Both the position numbers and the translations under genes were made by a program. This document shows positions 29,680 through 42,963 of a stretch of DNA of 64,000 nucleotides, piece by piece (the first letter of the stretch is position 1; every line of letters starts with the position of its first letter). The notes beneath the pieces are model-generated. The model was not told where the DNA came from. It worked only from the letters and a program-made list of their open reading frames with translations, and did not search any database. The stretch lies in the NCBI GenBank assembly GCA_032718475.1, contig JAUCBJ010008293.1, positions 1-64,000 of the forward strand. The letters are read 5' to 3'. Origin of the DNA: Nemertoderma westbladi. Taxonomy: Eukaryota > Animalia > Xenacoelomorpha.

Positions 29680-31890
29680 GGTGAACTAATTAACAGGTCA
29701 TGCAGCGAGTGGATTGCTGAAATTACGTGGGCCGATCTTTTCCATATTTATGGCACTTTTTTCATGATATTTTCTTAGAAACTTATTTTGTGCTACTTTG
29801 GTAAGGTGGATATGATAACTAGGATTCATAGCAATGTAATAAAATGTGTTTCTGGAATTTTTATCTTGTATTTGCCAAGGTAACCGGGTGCAAAGCTCAA
29901 AATTTGCGCGCCTGTATTTCAAGGCGGCAATGGATTCTTCCCTTGAGATTTGGTAGGTGATTAAAGGAAATAAAAGACTATCAAAATATTTAAGATATTA
30001 TTTGTTTACATTGCCGTTGCCATGGAAATAAGTATAATGAAAAATTTTAAAAATTGTCTACCAATTCTATAAAACACCATTTTTATTCGGATTGTCAGTC
30101 TAAATAATAAGTTAAATTGCCAACATTTTATTTTTAAATTCGTCAATTGTGAATCATATTTCTAAAAGTCAATATTTGCAAATAAACTAAACTGTCCAAT
30201 CAGAGAGCAATACCTGTTATAGCATGATTGTGACATTCCATAATATTAAATTTCGGTTAGCAATTATTAGAAATAAAGGACAATCACCAGGCATGTTTGT
30301 TGGAATTAATATAAGTTGTAAAATATAGTAGCCCAATTCTACTACTAGGATCGGCATGCTGCATTGCAGCTGCATTTTTAAGAATGCTGTGCCGGCTTGT
30401 CAACAAAATTGCACCGCCACAACTCCCTATCACCCATGACATTTGCTAGATCATCCGCATCTTTATGGCCAGTGTCCTTTAAGATGCGTCTCAAGAAAGT
30501 CATGGGCTGTCCACCATGCTTATTCACTCCATGAGGCTGCCAAAGTACAAGATTATGCACTGGCTGGTCCTCACGGCGAAAGCAATGTCCTGCAAAGCGG
30601 AGGCGATTTTGTTCTAGTGTCAAGCTTGGGGGAACCAATGAGACACCTCCAATGTTATATAGTGTCTGGTTGGAGATGTGTGCATTGTACTTGACACAAT
30701 GTACCCGGCGTAGCATTCTTGTGAATGTGCCATCCAGAGATTTGGTGTCCTCAGCAGTTAGAGCCCAGCATGGACTCCCGTAGAGGAGTACTGGAACTAC
30801 TGCTGCTCTAAATAATCGGACCTTAAGTTTCCGATTAATTCTAGGTGACTTCCAAATCCTGGAAAGCCTATTCAAGGCTGCCCATGCCTTTCCCTTACGT
30901 ATTCGAAGGTCCTCACCTGACTTCCGGATCCATGATCCCAGGTAACAGAAGTCGTCCACATGCTCAAGCATACCATCCTTTGAGCTTATGCTCATCCGAT
31001 CAGAGACTTGCTGAGGACTTTCAAAGTTAACTGTCAGAATTTTGGTCTTTCTGGAGTTAATAAAAAGACCAACACTAGAAGCAGCATGTTCTAATGAGCT
31101 GAGGAGCCGCTGGGCTCCCTCTAATGATTCTGAGAGTACTCCTAAGTCATCAGCAAAGTCTAGATCAGTTAGGTACTTGGCAGCATTTCCTCGACTTCTG
31201 GAGCCAGTAGGTGGAGTTATCATCACCCCATCATCATTATGATGATCTAAGGACATGCGTAGAACATAGTCAACCACAATAATGAACAAGAATGGTGCAA
31301 GTGTGTCTCCTTGGAGGACGCCCCATAACACTTCAAATGGTTCTGTGTCACCGTCAACAGTAGACACAAATGTTGTCGAACCGTCGTATACTGATCTGAT
31401 TGCTGCAATAATTTCATCAGGAATCCCATATAATGAAAGTATGCTGAACATACGTGAGCGAGAGACTGAATCAAAGGCCCAATTCTAGATGGCGGTCAAA
31501 ATGGGAAATTATCGTAATTCCCGTCACCATGAAAACGGGATTGAAAAAAAATTAAATTTTAAAATCTTTTGATAGACTTTTATTCCCTTTACTCATATAC
31601 CAATTCTCAAGAACAGAATCCATTGTCGTTTTGAATTACAGGCGCTCGAAATTTGAACTTTACACCCGGTTTCCTTGGCAACTACATACTGTACAAGCTA
31701 AAAATTCCAGACACACATTTTTTTATACATTGCAATGAATCCTAGTCATCATATGCACCTAACCAGAGTAGCACATTAGAAGTTTCTAAGGAAATATTAT
31801 GAAAATAGAGCCATAAATAGGGAAAAGACCCACCCACGCTATTTCAGCAATCCGCTCTCAGCATGACCTGTTACAGTATTTAGTACACCG
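29680..31890. mobile_element. Long-TIR MITE in the TTLL10 intron, interrupted by an RTE
   Basis: About 300-bp imperfect inverted arms: taacaggtcatgcagcgagtggattgctgaaat... (29691) vs ...atttcagcaatccgctctcagcatgacctgtta (31872). Exact termini uncertain. Confidence 0.75.
30342..31476 (-). mobile_element. 5'-truncated young RTE-clade LINE with open RT frame
   Basis: GVLQGDTLAPFLF, LDFADDL, FCYLGS, RLRFAGH; (TAG)n tail; 11-bp TSD GCCCAATTCTA (30331-30341, 31477-31487). Confidence 0.95.
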
Positions 31891-32738
31891 TGGTTTTTAA
31901 CTATAAATGTGGAAGTGAAACAAATTCTTTAAAATGCAGATACCTGGGGGGGGGGGGGGGGGGGATATTCATGTCTCCAAGGGAATGTCGATGCAAATAA
32001 CTGCTGATTACTGTACTTACAAAATTTAACTGTAACCTGTTCTATCGATTGTTTATTGTTTTGGTTAGAATAACACACAAATCTGCTAACTGTTATTCCT
32101 AAAACTACTTTAATGCTTTAGACTTTAAACTTTAATGGACTAAGATTTCTTTTAATGGATTTATATAATTATTGTCCTTTATATGTCTGGCTATTACAGT
32201 ATAGTTACGCCAAATAATGTAATATGTAAAATGGAAACAAATGAATAAATGGATTTGTGAAGTTAAGACATGCATCTCCATTTGATTATTAGGTTTTCTG
32301 CTGCCGTATAATTTCATTATGATCGTGATGAGTGCTGGACTTTCGACGCAATAATAATTCTTTCCTCTCCAAATGCACCTAACCCTCCAGGGCTCCAGGG
32401 CTCCAGGGCTCCAGGCATACAACCCGCTGTTGACAGCGACTATCGCCAAAACAAATGAATTTATCTAATCATTTTTATTGATTTCTGTCAGCCAGACTAT
32501 TAATATCGATATTTTTTTGTTTCCAAATTCCAAAATTTTTTTAACACTCAAGGCATTCTATATTTATTATGAATGCTGTATTTATTAAATTCTTTGAGAG
32601 GGTGAATTATCTTATCGTGGATATAATGTGTCTGATGCGAGACAAGGGGGGGGGGGGGGGGGGGGTCTTAACGCAAATACCATTCCGGCGAAAAAATATG
32701 TCTTCGTAATGCTAAAATATCAAGGGAAAGGTGCAGGT

Positions 32739-33824
32739 GGCGCAGTGGCGGTACGGCTAATGTCGCGTTACGGAAAGTCGCGTTACGGAAAGTCGCGTTA
32801 CGGCTAATTTTCAGAGTAGCCGTAACGCGACTTTGAAAGTCGCGGTACGGCTACAGTACTCAAGTCGCGTTACGGCTAATTGTCGCGTTACGGCTAATCT
32901 ATTGTCTTGGTTTTACAGAGGGAATCATTATCAATATTATTCTATGGTGTTTATACTGTACGTACAGATGAGGTTCGAAAAATTTAATAATTTTTTACAG
33001 CATGGAAGTATCCAGGGGGTCCTATTAATAATATATAAGTAATTATTAGTAAATATTTTAAATAAAAAAATTAATTTATTAATTATTGTATTATTATTGT
33101 TGTATTGAGTACCAGAGTACACAGTACCATAGTTATCTTGGTCGAAAGTATATCAGCATATTGCCGAAATATTGTACTTTGATCAAATAAAAATTATCTA
33201 AAACTAAAGCTCTTGAATTAGCCAGTCATCGCCAATGCAGCTGGACGGGGCCTGTACCTTCAAGTGGGTGATCCGCGACCAGAAGGACGGCCATTGCCTG
33301 CTTGTCAGTCCCCAAACAGAACGCCATATGGTCTAGGTAGCGAGCCAGAGCCAGGCGATCGTTAACAACATCGATATGAAGCAGAGGAATTTGTTCCATG
33401 AAACCATTCATTGCTTCTTTGGCTGCTATTATTGGCTGTAATCCGTATCTGTGCTTGAGGCTGTGACTAAGAATACCATAGAATACAATATTATATTGAA
33501 TGTGAGGTTGTCGAAGAACATACAGTATGAAAGAAGGTAAAATCCCCCACCCCCCCCCCCCCCCCTCCCGGATACTCCCATGCTGAAAAACATTAAAACA
33601 TTATTACGTTACATTTTTCGAACCTCATCTATACGTAAACAACATACATAGAGGCATGATAAACACTGCATTATTATATCATTATATTATTGATAATGAT
33701 TCCCTTTGTAAAACCAAGACAATAGATTAGCCGTAACGCGACCATTAGCCGTAACGCGAATTTTAGAGTAGCCGTACCGCGACTTTCAAAGTCGCGTTAC
33801 GGCTAATCTCTCAGCGACGACACC
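32739..33824. mobile_element. MULE-like non-autonomous element with a possible transposase C-terminal remnant
   Basis: About 300-bp TIRs built from gtcgcgttacggctaat repeats; GG..CC ends; 8-bp TSD GTGCAGGT (32731-32738, 33825-33832); internal minus frame ...DRLALARYLDHMAFCLG. Confidence 0.8.
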
Positions 33825-34042
33825 GTGCAGGTTACATTTTAGCAGGTTATATTGTATGTTATTCTAACCAAAACAATAAAGGGAGAACTTTATTTTTTGA
33901 TTGTCACAAAGTAGTATTGGTATTATTAATACCTGGCCAAGCTGAATTAGGTCTACTAATACTCAAAATACTAAAACACTTAAATTTTGAACGAAATAAG
34001 CAATTCGAATAATTACTAATGTATTTAAATAACTAAAATTAC

Positions 34043-34548
34043 CTGTCGTAGGCTCTTAAGGTTTCTAGAAGTCCAGTTTTGCAGGTAATCTTCCCAATAT
34101 TAGGGAAGTGATTGACCAGCTGATTGCCCTCTAGGAACCGCGTGAAATCAAGACCCCGGGGCGACGCGGTCCATTTCAACCGAAACATCCCGCAATCTTT
34201 ATCCTCGTTGCGTCCCCATCCGTAACGTTCAAGTAACCTAGCAACCAACTTCCCATTATTCTGGGGTTGAACATAAAAGCAAGGCGGTGATTGGATACTT
34301 GCCCTGCGTCCAGCTCTGCTCCTCATACTACTTCTATAAGACGCTACCCAGACTGACCGACGTCCTGTCTGCAATTCAGACTCCTCATTAACACCTTTTG
34401 GAATAGATAAAACAGTGGCTTTTATTTTGGATCCGATCTCGAAGCTGTTATCCGACTTGCCACCATTCTCTATTGTCTTACCGGACACAATTGTATTTTC
34501 ATTCCCATTATTCTCTTCAATTCCAGTTGTAGTGGTGATATCTTCCAT
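34043..34548 (-). CDS. TTLL10: TTLL10-like tubulin polyglycylase, coding exon 1
   Basis: ATG at 34548; FRLKWT...FLEGNQLVNHFPNIGKITCKTGLLETLRAYDR resembles the TTLL10 N-terminal part; donor AG|GTAATT at 34042. The start codon is uncertain because the frame is open further upstream. Confidence 0.82.
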
Positions 34549-35489
34549 ATCTCTGAATATATCATTATTTTTACGTCGACACAAATCAGCTGAAAAAACT
34601 ATCCTGAAATTGCGCAGCTGCTTTATTATAAGTATGCCTAAAATATCTCCATTTAATAATTTATTTAATAATTAATTAAATATTCACATAAATTGAACCA
34701 AATATTTCTTAATTATCTTAAATGCTAGCTAGAGTGTTGGCATGCAAAAATGATCAAAATTAATTAAGTTAAATTTCGAATATTCATTTGTTCCATTTTT
34801 TTAAAATCTACTGTAGTACGCAAAATATTGAATAATACAGAATTTAAATATTGCTATTCTCTGTTACGAATATCATGCCGTGGTTAAGGTAGTTTAAAGG
34901 GGAGGAAAGCACTCGTCTATTTTATTTGCCACTCGCCTCTCTCGTTGACTATACTTTTACACAATAAAGTGCTTCTTTATTAAATGTGAGATAAATACAG
35001 ATAAATATAAATATAAACAGAGATAAATATAATGTTATATTAAATAGCTAATTGCTGTGAATATATTTATTACTGTAGTTCAATACTAAACAATTATTTA
35101 TTAGATTCCTGTAATAACCCAGTCAGTGAAATGTAATATCTGCAGAAATATTCTACAATTTTAATTCCGATTTGCAAAGATTTCATTTAAATATAGGCCA
35201 ACAATGAAATGTAGCTGCATACCTGTATATAAAATATTACAGTAAACTTATACCTATGTCACGAGCTGAATGTTAAACATACCATAATACTAGAATAGTG
35301 CCAGAAAGTGAATAACCTGGAATAATAGGTGAGGTATTAGTTTTATATTAGATCCCCTCCCTTTACACTTAATAGTTTACACTAAACAGCCTTGTAATAA
35401 TAATTTAATTGCCTGGTATGTAATAATATTGAAGTTGTACAAAGTTGAAACAATTCCAAGGGATACAATTTCACAGGGCGGGGTGGGAG

Positions 35490-35640
35490 GGGGTGGGGGA
35501 TAACTGTCGCAAATCCCATCTAGCGAATCAATATCGGCCAAATATCAATGTTAATTATTATATCCATTAACGGAAAGGAGCAGGTTTCAGTAGCAGGTCA
35601 TTCTAACCAAAATAATAAGCGGGAGGCAATGATAATATAG
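35490..35640 (+). repeat. Interspersed repeat/MITE family (ggaaaggagcaggtt...ttctaaccaaaa)
   Basis: Related copies near 21970, 32020, 32720/33830, 38830, 53965 and 61430, in both orientations. Confidence 0.65.
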
Positions 35641-37294
35641 GTTATTTCCTTCTTTGCTGTTATTTGCTTTGATTTCCCTACATTAGGGTACCTGCCAAAT
35701 AAAGGACCCGAATATTACACGACAAGCAATGATAACATCCTACCGGTAATATAATTATAGTCAAGGTAATATTGGGCTCCAGTGATCCTCAAATTAAATT
35801 GAATGTTGATTGGCATTGGGTAGTGTTGCCGCTACAAAGGAACCCAATCCTAATAGAAAGTTAATAATTAATTGGTTTTTAATCTCTCGACATTCTGATC
35901 GACTCAATCTATTGGATTTCATGGCCTCAGCTATTGGTTGCTAGGGGGATATAATCATTATCTGAGATTTACGAGCTCACAATCGATAGCCTGGCCTCTG
36001 AACCAATCGTAATAATAATATTAGATAGGAGATTATTTTTCCTGATATACGCCAACCTCCGACAAACACCCACCCCACCCCCCAACCCCTTCCACTTAGG
36101 AAAAATCGCAAAGATACAATTTATTGAAGAGGTAACTTTTAGTAAAATGGCGAATTTGCGAAATATCAATAGTAGGCCTACAGCGAAAATAACTGAGGGA
36201 ACGTCGACAATTTATTGATAATAGATAGAAATTGGTGAAATTTTTGGTGAAAACAAACTTTAGTCCAATGAGAGCATTGAATGACTATCGATTTACTGAA
36301 CTACATACAGTATGCACTTCTCCATAGTTACCAAAGTTTCCAGAGCAACGGAAGTTTTTCTAAACATTTTAATCAGTTTTATTATTATTTGGCTGATAGG
36401 TATATTTTATTAACACAACTTCACTTCTAAACGGGGGGATTTAAGCCCTTCAGCTGAGTCGACCTCAGAAACCCTCAGAAACACAGACCCCTATTACATT
36501 ATGTGAAAAATCTCCTCTAACATTCACGGAAATAAATAAAAATATACTTTCAGTTTGAATTGTGTATTATTTTATGCATCAATTATTATTACCTTATTAA
36601 ACTAAGTATGTGGGGCAATTTTTGATATATTTAAAAATTGTATGGTGCCACTAATTACGGACTGCTACAAAATCTATTTTTGTCTCCAATTATGTCAAAT
36701 TACCCCGGATATCGAATCTCAGTCAGATACGCGGTATTTTAAAATAAGTATTAGTATTTCAAATTACGACATGTGAGTAGGCCTATATTTAGAAAGACAC
36801 TCATGAATGTTAATTTATTTTTGTGAAAAAACTAGTTATTATTTACTAAAAATTATTGATTATTATTAAGCAGAACAAACAATATCTATTGCAGCATTAA
36901 ACTGACGGGCCAGTCTTGCTGTGGTTTTAATTTTATTGTTAAATAATTGGTGCTCTGAAGATGGCCCAAGGGGCAGAAATATATAAGCTGGGTTGAATAT
37001 TTAAGGTTTAATATCGAGGGTAGTCCCCTAGCTCGACGTCCGGTTTCGATTTAATGTATAACCCTCTGAAGTCGGATTGCCGCAACGTTAGTATTAATAA
37101 TAAGACCATAAACTCTCTGTTTTTTACCTTCGGCCAACTACATAGTCCTTCAGTCAAGTGCAACGCAGCAGCGCGAGGAAGCACACACCACAAAGTCGAA
37201 CGGTCGGGATCCCGAGGCCAACACATGATGCCGTCACAAACGTTCTAGATTCACTACCAGGGAAACCCCCACAGTGGAAATATTAACTAGTATA

Positions 37295-37510
37295 TTGTGG
37301 GGCGAGCCACGAAGTGAGTGAGCCTTAGCGTAGGGGTACCATTAATCAACCTGTCGTTCTGTCGCGTTTTTTTTTCAGTATTTTATTTTAAACGTTAATA
37401 ACTCGGCCAATCCTTGATGAAATCTATCCAAACTTGGTACACATGTTGTTTGGCAAAAGTTTGAAAATTTTCCAAGTAGAATTTGCGTGGGGCCTTCGTG
37501 CAGCATCAGT
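37295..37510 (+). mobile_element. HINE-like element 5' part
   Basis: gtggggcgagccac...gagccttagc and ccaaacttggtacacatg motifs shared with the 49475 copy. Confidence 0.55.
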
Positions 37511-39790
37511 GTAACTGTTATTGTAGTTATAATATATTTATTTATCCAAAATTAACATGCGTTAAATTATTATTACTGTAGGATAAATCAGCTGGTTTTC
37601 TGACAAATTTTGCAAAACATAGGGGCTGTCTGCCAATCTGCATGTACCATTTGTACCGGTACTGTCAGGGTGTACTCAATTCCTGAATCGAGAATTCTGC
37701 AATCAGTCAATACTGCAATACAGGTCAGCCGGTACCATACACTGCAGACATGCCATATCATGTAATCTAATTAAACATTGCTCCGGAAACCCTTGCGGTG
37801 ATTATAGTTTAGGCCTAATTAGCCTAGTACCGGTAATAATAATATAATAGTTTAGATAGTTCAGTAGTTACCGCTAATCATTCAGTCATTGGCACGGTAC
37901 ACCGTATTGCTGTACTGCCGATGTAGTGCGCACCGTAGGTACCACCCATGCGTAGGCTGACTGTGCTGATTATGGTACTGTCACACTGTGGTACCTAAGC
38001 TATATACTGTTAGGTATATTGCTGTATTGGGGTGGGGTTAGGAATAATCCATTTGTTTTAGCATTGAACTGTTGAATCCCCTTATTTATTATAAAACCAT
38101 TGGAAATATTTGCAAATGCCGCTCCATTACTGTCTGAAACGCTCCCGACAGTCCGATGTATCTGGACCCGAGCAGCCGAGTTGCTTCAAGAGGTGATTAA
38201 CGGGGGAATACTACGGAATTGCTTGTTTGTCAGTACGATTCTATTTGGGTATTTACTACACTCAGACACTGGGAATACGGCGGTCGGTCAGATCGTAATG
38301 CGGGCCACTGCCAAGTTCCTCATGCCTCACTCCGGTCACCCACCTTGGAGTGCGGTGGGAAGAGTCCCACTTACTGACTTACGTCGACGACTGGACGAAT
38401 CGACGAGGATTGCGATCTGGGTTTAGCGGCGGCCCGGATCCTGGGATCGCCTGGGGGAAATGGTTGAACGTTGGGCAGACGTTATCGCACTGGATTACGT
38501 TCTCTGTGACGCGAAAGTGTGAAGCGAATTCGTTGTCGAATTGGGTCGGAAGCTGCGGGAATTCTACTGTTCTACGGGAGTAAACCGCAGCGGTCCGGTG
38601 ACTACGGACGGATACTACTGGGATAAGCAGGTATTTCGATCGAGTTTCTCGTATTCTCGATGCTCGAGGCGGATAGAGAGTTGGTTGTGTTGGGCGGTGT
38701 TGTTCAATTCTATCAAACATATTGAATAATTGGTAAAATAATAAAAACACACCAGATATAGATACTGAGCTTATGGTAAAGAGATAGGCCGAACTTACAA
38801 TTTCCAAATAGATTGTTCATATAATAAATATATTTTTGGTACCTGCTCCTTTCCCAAAATTGAGAAATTAATATTGAGGCGGGATATTAATTCGCCAAGA
38901 TGGGATTTGCGTCCAGTCCCACCCCCCTCCTGTCTCTTGATTTCACTAAAAAATAGAATACATTGCATTTTACTGTTATAATTACTGTATTGAATAAAAT
39001 AATTAATTGATTGTTTATTAAACCGTGCTAAGCACGTTGAACTGGAGCTCTAACAATTCCCCACTAGCGGCAGACAGGAACTGTAAAAGTCTCTGTAGAA
39101 TTTATAATTAAGCAATGCTCTTAGGTAACTACTACTAAATTTCAGATGAATCTGATCGTTGGTTCTATAATTACAGCTATTTTTACGTTTCTGTTAATTC
39201 GCCCCCTAGCGGCAGACCGGGGAACTGTAGAAGTCTGTCTGTGTGTAGAATTTCTAAATTTTTTATAGACTACATGTGTACCAAGTTTGGTTCCATTTCA
39301 TCCATGATTGACCGACTTATTAGCGTTCAAACATTCCTGCAACAAACACAGCCAGAGGCAGCCACAAACAAATAAAAGCTGCAGGAACTCTAGCGATAAT
39401 TAATTAATTAATTATTAAATACTGTTTCAATTAAATTACTTACGAAAATCTAGTTGGACCCTGCATCGTGGAAAATATAATATTTGATAATTCATCAGTC
39501 AGCCTACGCTAATTTCACAGCAAAGTCCTTGTCATGGCCTGTGTGTAGTAGGCCATGGTACCACCCTACTACCGGTACCGGCTGACCGCGTGACCGGTGG
39601 CAACTAGCACTTGCACAGCAACAGCACTACCGGCGATACACAGGTTGAAATTTATGTAGAGTTTGCTCAACAGTACAGATATAAAATAGTTATCTAAATT
39701 ATATATATTACTATTGACAAGTATTGAAATATATACCGTTATTCGTGTTATCAGTATTTGCAACATCTGACATTGAAGAGGTGAGAGAAG

Positions 39791-40125
39791 ATGAATACCG
39801 GCACTCAACAAAACCAACGCTTATCACAGGTCGGTATGGTTACCTCGAAACCGGCGCGACTGTCCACTCGAATACAACTTCAAAACACAAACGCCAACAA
39901 TAAACTGAAAGCGAATCGAACGTTTTCAGAAGAATCTGTCATTGGGACGAAGAAAAGGAAGCCGAAACCACGGGAATGGACCACAGCTAAGATTGAATGC
40001 TCCCATTGTCAGAGTTCCTGGACCGAAATTGAAACACCAATTGCCGATGGGCTTGATCTCTCAAACCAAAACTTCCTCTGCGGGGTTTGCGCGGCAGTAA
40101 AGATTGAAAGTCTGGAAGCTGGCAT
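39791..40125 (+). pseudogene. LINE ORF1-like remnant (PHD-like Zn finger followed by coiled-coil start)
   Basis: KIECSHCQSSW...FLCGVCAAVKIESLEA; the frame then runs into unrelated AT-rich sequence. Confidence 0.45.
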
Positions 40126-41036
40126 CCCTAGGTATTATTATTATAAAGAGCGTCAGCCTGCGTTTAATAAATATATTTTAATAAAACAGGTCGAACGCAA
40201 AGAGGCTTATAATGAAGACGAGTACTGCATTGATTATATTCCTATAAACCACCTGGCTTTGCATATTGATCGTGCGTTTGGAAATAAGTTCGTGCTACCC
40301 TTCCGTGGGTGGTAGATGTCGCGGTTATGTATTGGTGGGTGGGAAGGGAGGGGGGGGGGGGGGGGGTGTGCAGATTAAAAGGGGTGAACACGTACTGTCC
40401 CCCTTTCTTTGATTAATTGGTGGTGTGGGTTAATCTCTCATAACCTGATTTTGTGATACAGTCGCACAATTTTAATTTGTATCTCATAACTGGGCCTCGT
40501 GCTGCGCGAAGGCCCCACGAACGTGTAGTAGCTGTTTCCCTTATTATTAGATGGGTGGACATTCAGTCCAACAGATAGACAAACAGTCATACAGACAGTC
40601 TAGATTCAGAAAAATATGAAAGGTAATGTGAAATACATTAACTGACGACCTAAATTGTATTTTCTGCGAAAATTTAATACTTTCTTTTTATTGACCTCGA
40701 AAAAGAGTAACAATTAGTAGTGAAATGTTTAAGTGCGTATTTCTTGTTAGTGAGTAATCCCAAACAAATACCGGTAAACGATATAATTAGAAGGGTAATA
40801 ACAGGGGATGTAACATTATTGGCTAAGAGTGATTAATAGTGTGACATGATTGATTAATAAAGCCGTGAAGTGAGGTGTCAACGCATAGTGAGGCCAAATC
40901 CAGTCTTAGATATTGCGTATCGACAAACCGAACAATGCAATGGTGTAATAAAGTATTGTAGGAGTTGCAATACAGTAAGGATAAACTAACCGGTTGTTTG
41001 TAACAATGAAAGGGGACTATTATTAGAACCAAGACT

Positions 41037-41077
41037 TCACAACGCGTTTCGAATTTATTAAATTCGTCATCAGGTGA
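41037..41077 (-). ncRNA. Minimal type I hammerhead ribozyme motif
   Basis: tcac-CTGATGA-c-gaatt(taata)aattc-GAAA-cgcgtt-gtga; palindromic ACGCGT stem III is typical of PLE hammerheads. Confidence 0.75.
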
Positions 41078-41853
41078 GAACAGTAAAACACAATTAGCAT
41101 TATTGTAATACCTACGACAGGATAAACTTTAAAGAGTACAGTACAGAAAACTGCATATTTCAATTTGAATATCCCTCCCAAATAATCCCAATCCTTCAAT
41201 CATTGTCTACAACTCTGGTGACCCGTGAGTACCAGAGTTGTAGAGAGACTCCTACAGTAGCTCCGTTTGCTTATTAAGCAGAGGAGTAGTTGCCTCCCTA
41301 ATATTCAGGGCGTCAGCTACCTTGGCATGATACCATGAGCTGCATCTGTATTCTACTCTAAAATCTTACTCGGCTGGGCGTACTTAGCTACATAAAGGTC
41401 AATGTTCAGATTTTCCAGCCGGTCGCCTATGTTCACCAATCCGCACATGATAATGGCGCACTGTGTGGCCAATGTAATCCTTGTTACAGGATTGACAGTG
41501 GTATGAATATACCAAATTTGACCAGAGTGGTTGGGGAACACGGTCCTTATTGGGAAACAATTTGCCGACTTTATTCGACCTGAAAGCTAACAAAAAACTT
41601 GCTTGCTTGGCGACTACTGTACAGCTGTAAGTCTTTTCTCAAAAACCCCATCATAACGATAGAAAGGTAATGATAGAACCAAGTTTTTCTTACGTGGTTC
41701 ATTTATTATTATTATTCATCATTTATGTTGCTTATGCAGTTTTCTGTACTGTACTCTTTAAAGTTTATCCTGTCGTAGGTACTACAATAATGCTAATTGT
41801 GTTTTACTGTTCTCACGTGATGACGAATTTAATAATTTCGAAACGCGTTGTGA
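41037..41853 (-). mobile_element. Penelope-like element remnant with inverted pseudo-LTRs
   Basis: SNLVYSYHCQSCNKDYIGHTVRHYHVRIGEH...LNI...PLLNKQ (GIY-YIG); about 120-bp inverted repeat 41037-41158 vs 41731-41853. Confidence 0.88.
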
Positions 41854-42070
41854 TTGTGATATTATGTTTATATCTTTTCTAATGTTGACACTTGCTTCTC
41901 TTGCATTAATAGAACCATTTGCCAAGAACTAGGCCTACTCACGGCTGAGAGATAGGTAACATATTGGCTCTATAACAGGTGAAGGTATTAATAGTGGGAT
42001 TTAGTCAGATGTTTAGTAATGATTGTCGATTATATTGCGGCGTATATAATGTTATGATTTCGGTATAGAA

Positions 42071-42883
42071 CTTAATTCTTTCACACCGTGTGTTTAATAA
42101 CTATTATTGGTGAGAGATATTGGCTATTTTCTAGTAAATGCCATTGTACTACAAGTCAAACTGAACCCTCGTATTTGTTACACTGATTCCGGGGTCTAAC
42201 GCATATCCTCGACCGGCCACTGGATGTCCGACAGCAGGTTCCCTGAGCGAAACAGGAAGTCACGTGGGAAGGGGGGTGGGGGGGTAGTCATTCTACTAGA
42301 GAAGCGCCTAAGGGATCGGATAAGGGTCTTTCGAGTATCTCACAGACCCGACGAAATATATCCCTCTAGTGACCTTTACCAGAGGAGTTTCCCTTAGATT
42401 TCTCGGAATTGAGTTTCAGAATCTAAAACACCCACAAATGTAGCAGCAGGTCACATCTCGATAACTGAAATAGATATCGCTTAGCTGTTTGCAGATTCAG
42501 AGTCAGAGGAAAATTCTGGTTACAATGAGATCAAAAAATAAAAATCTCCCCTTCCTACATGTAGGCCTAGGTCCGTTTCTAGCGGTACTGCCACATTTAT
42601 GCTGAAAATTTCTTGCAATTTGTTTGTTCCAGTAGTTCCTAATGAAGTAGTACAATAATGCAGTATTAAAGACATTTCAAAAATACTTGGTGTTTTTCAG
42701 AAATAATTTATCAAAATAACTTCACATTTTTTTTCAAAAAAACGACATCGATTTTAATATTCATGGCTCTTCTAACCGAAACCCACTCCATGAGATAGAG
42801 AATCTTAAACGAAAGTCAAAAGAACATGTAACACTAGATTGTTTAGAAAGACCCCGTATCTGTGGCTGTATGGGTGAGAGTTA
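42071..42883. mobile_element. Possible piggyBac-derived MITE
   Basis: ttaattctttcacacc ... gggtgagagttaa with TTAA ends; internal acidic remnant LFADSESEENSG. Confidence 0.35.
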
Positions 42884-42963
42884 AATAGCCTATCTCCCTG
42901 AGAATATTGTTGTGTTCTAGAATATTCATTATAGTTTCATCTTATTGCCAAAGTGGCTGGAGC

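Noticed and set aside
38370-38400. YVDD as a reverse transcriptase active site
   Set aside because: No other RT motifs are recognisable around it; kept only as part of an unexplained island.
40640-40680. CTGACGA...GAAA hammerhead candidate
   Set aside because: Stems II and III cannot form.
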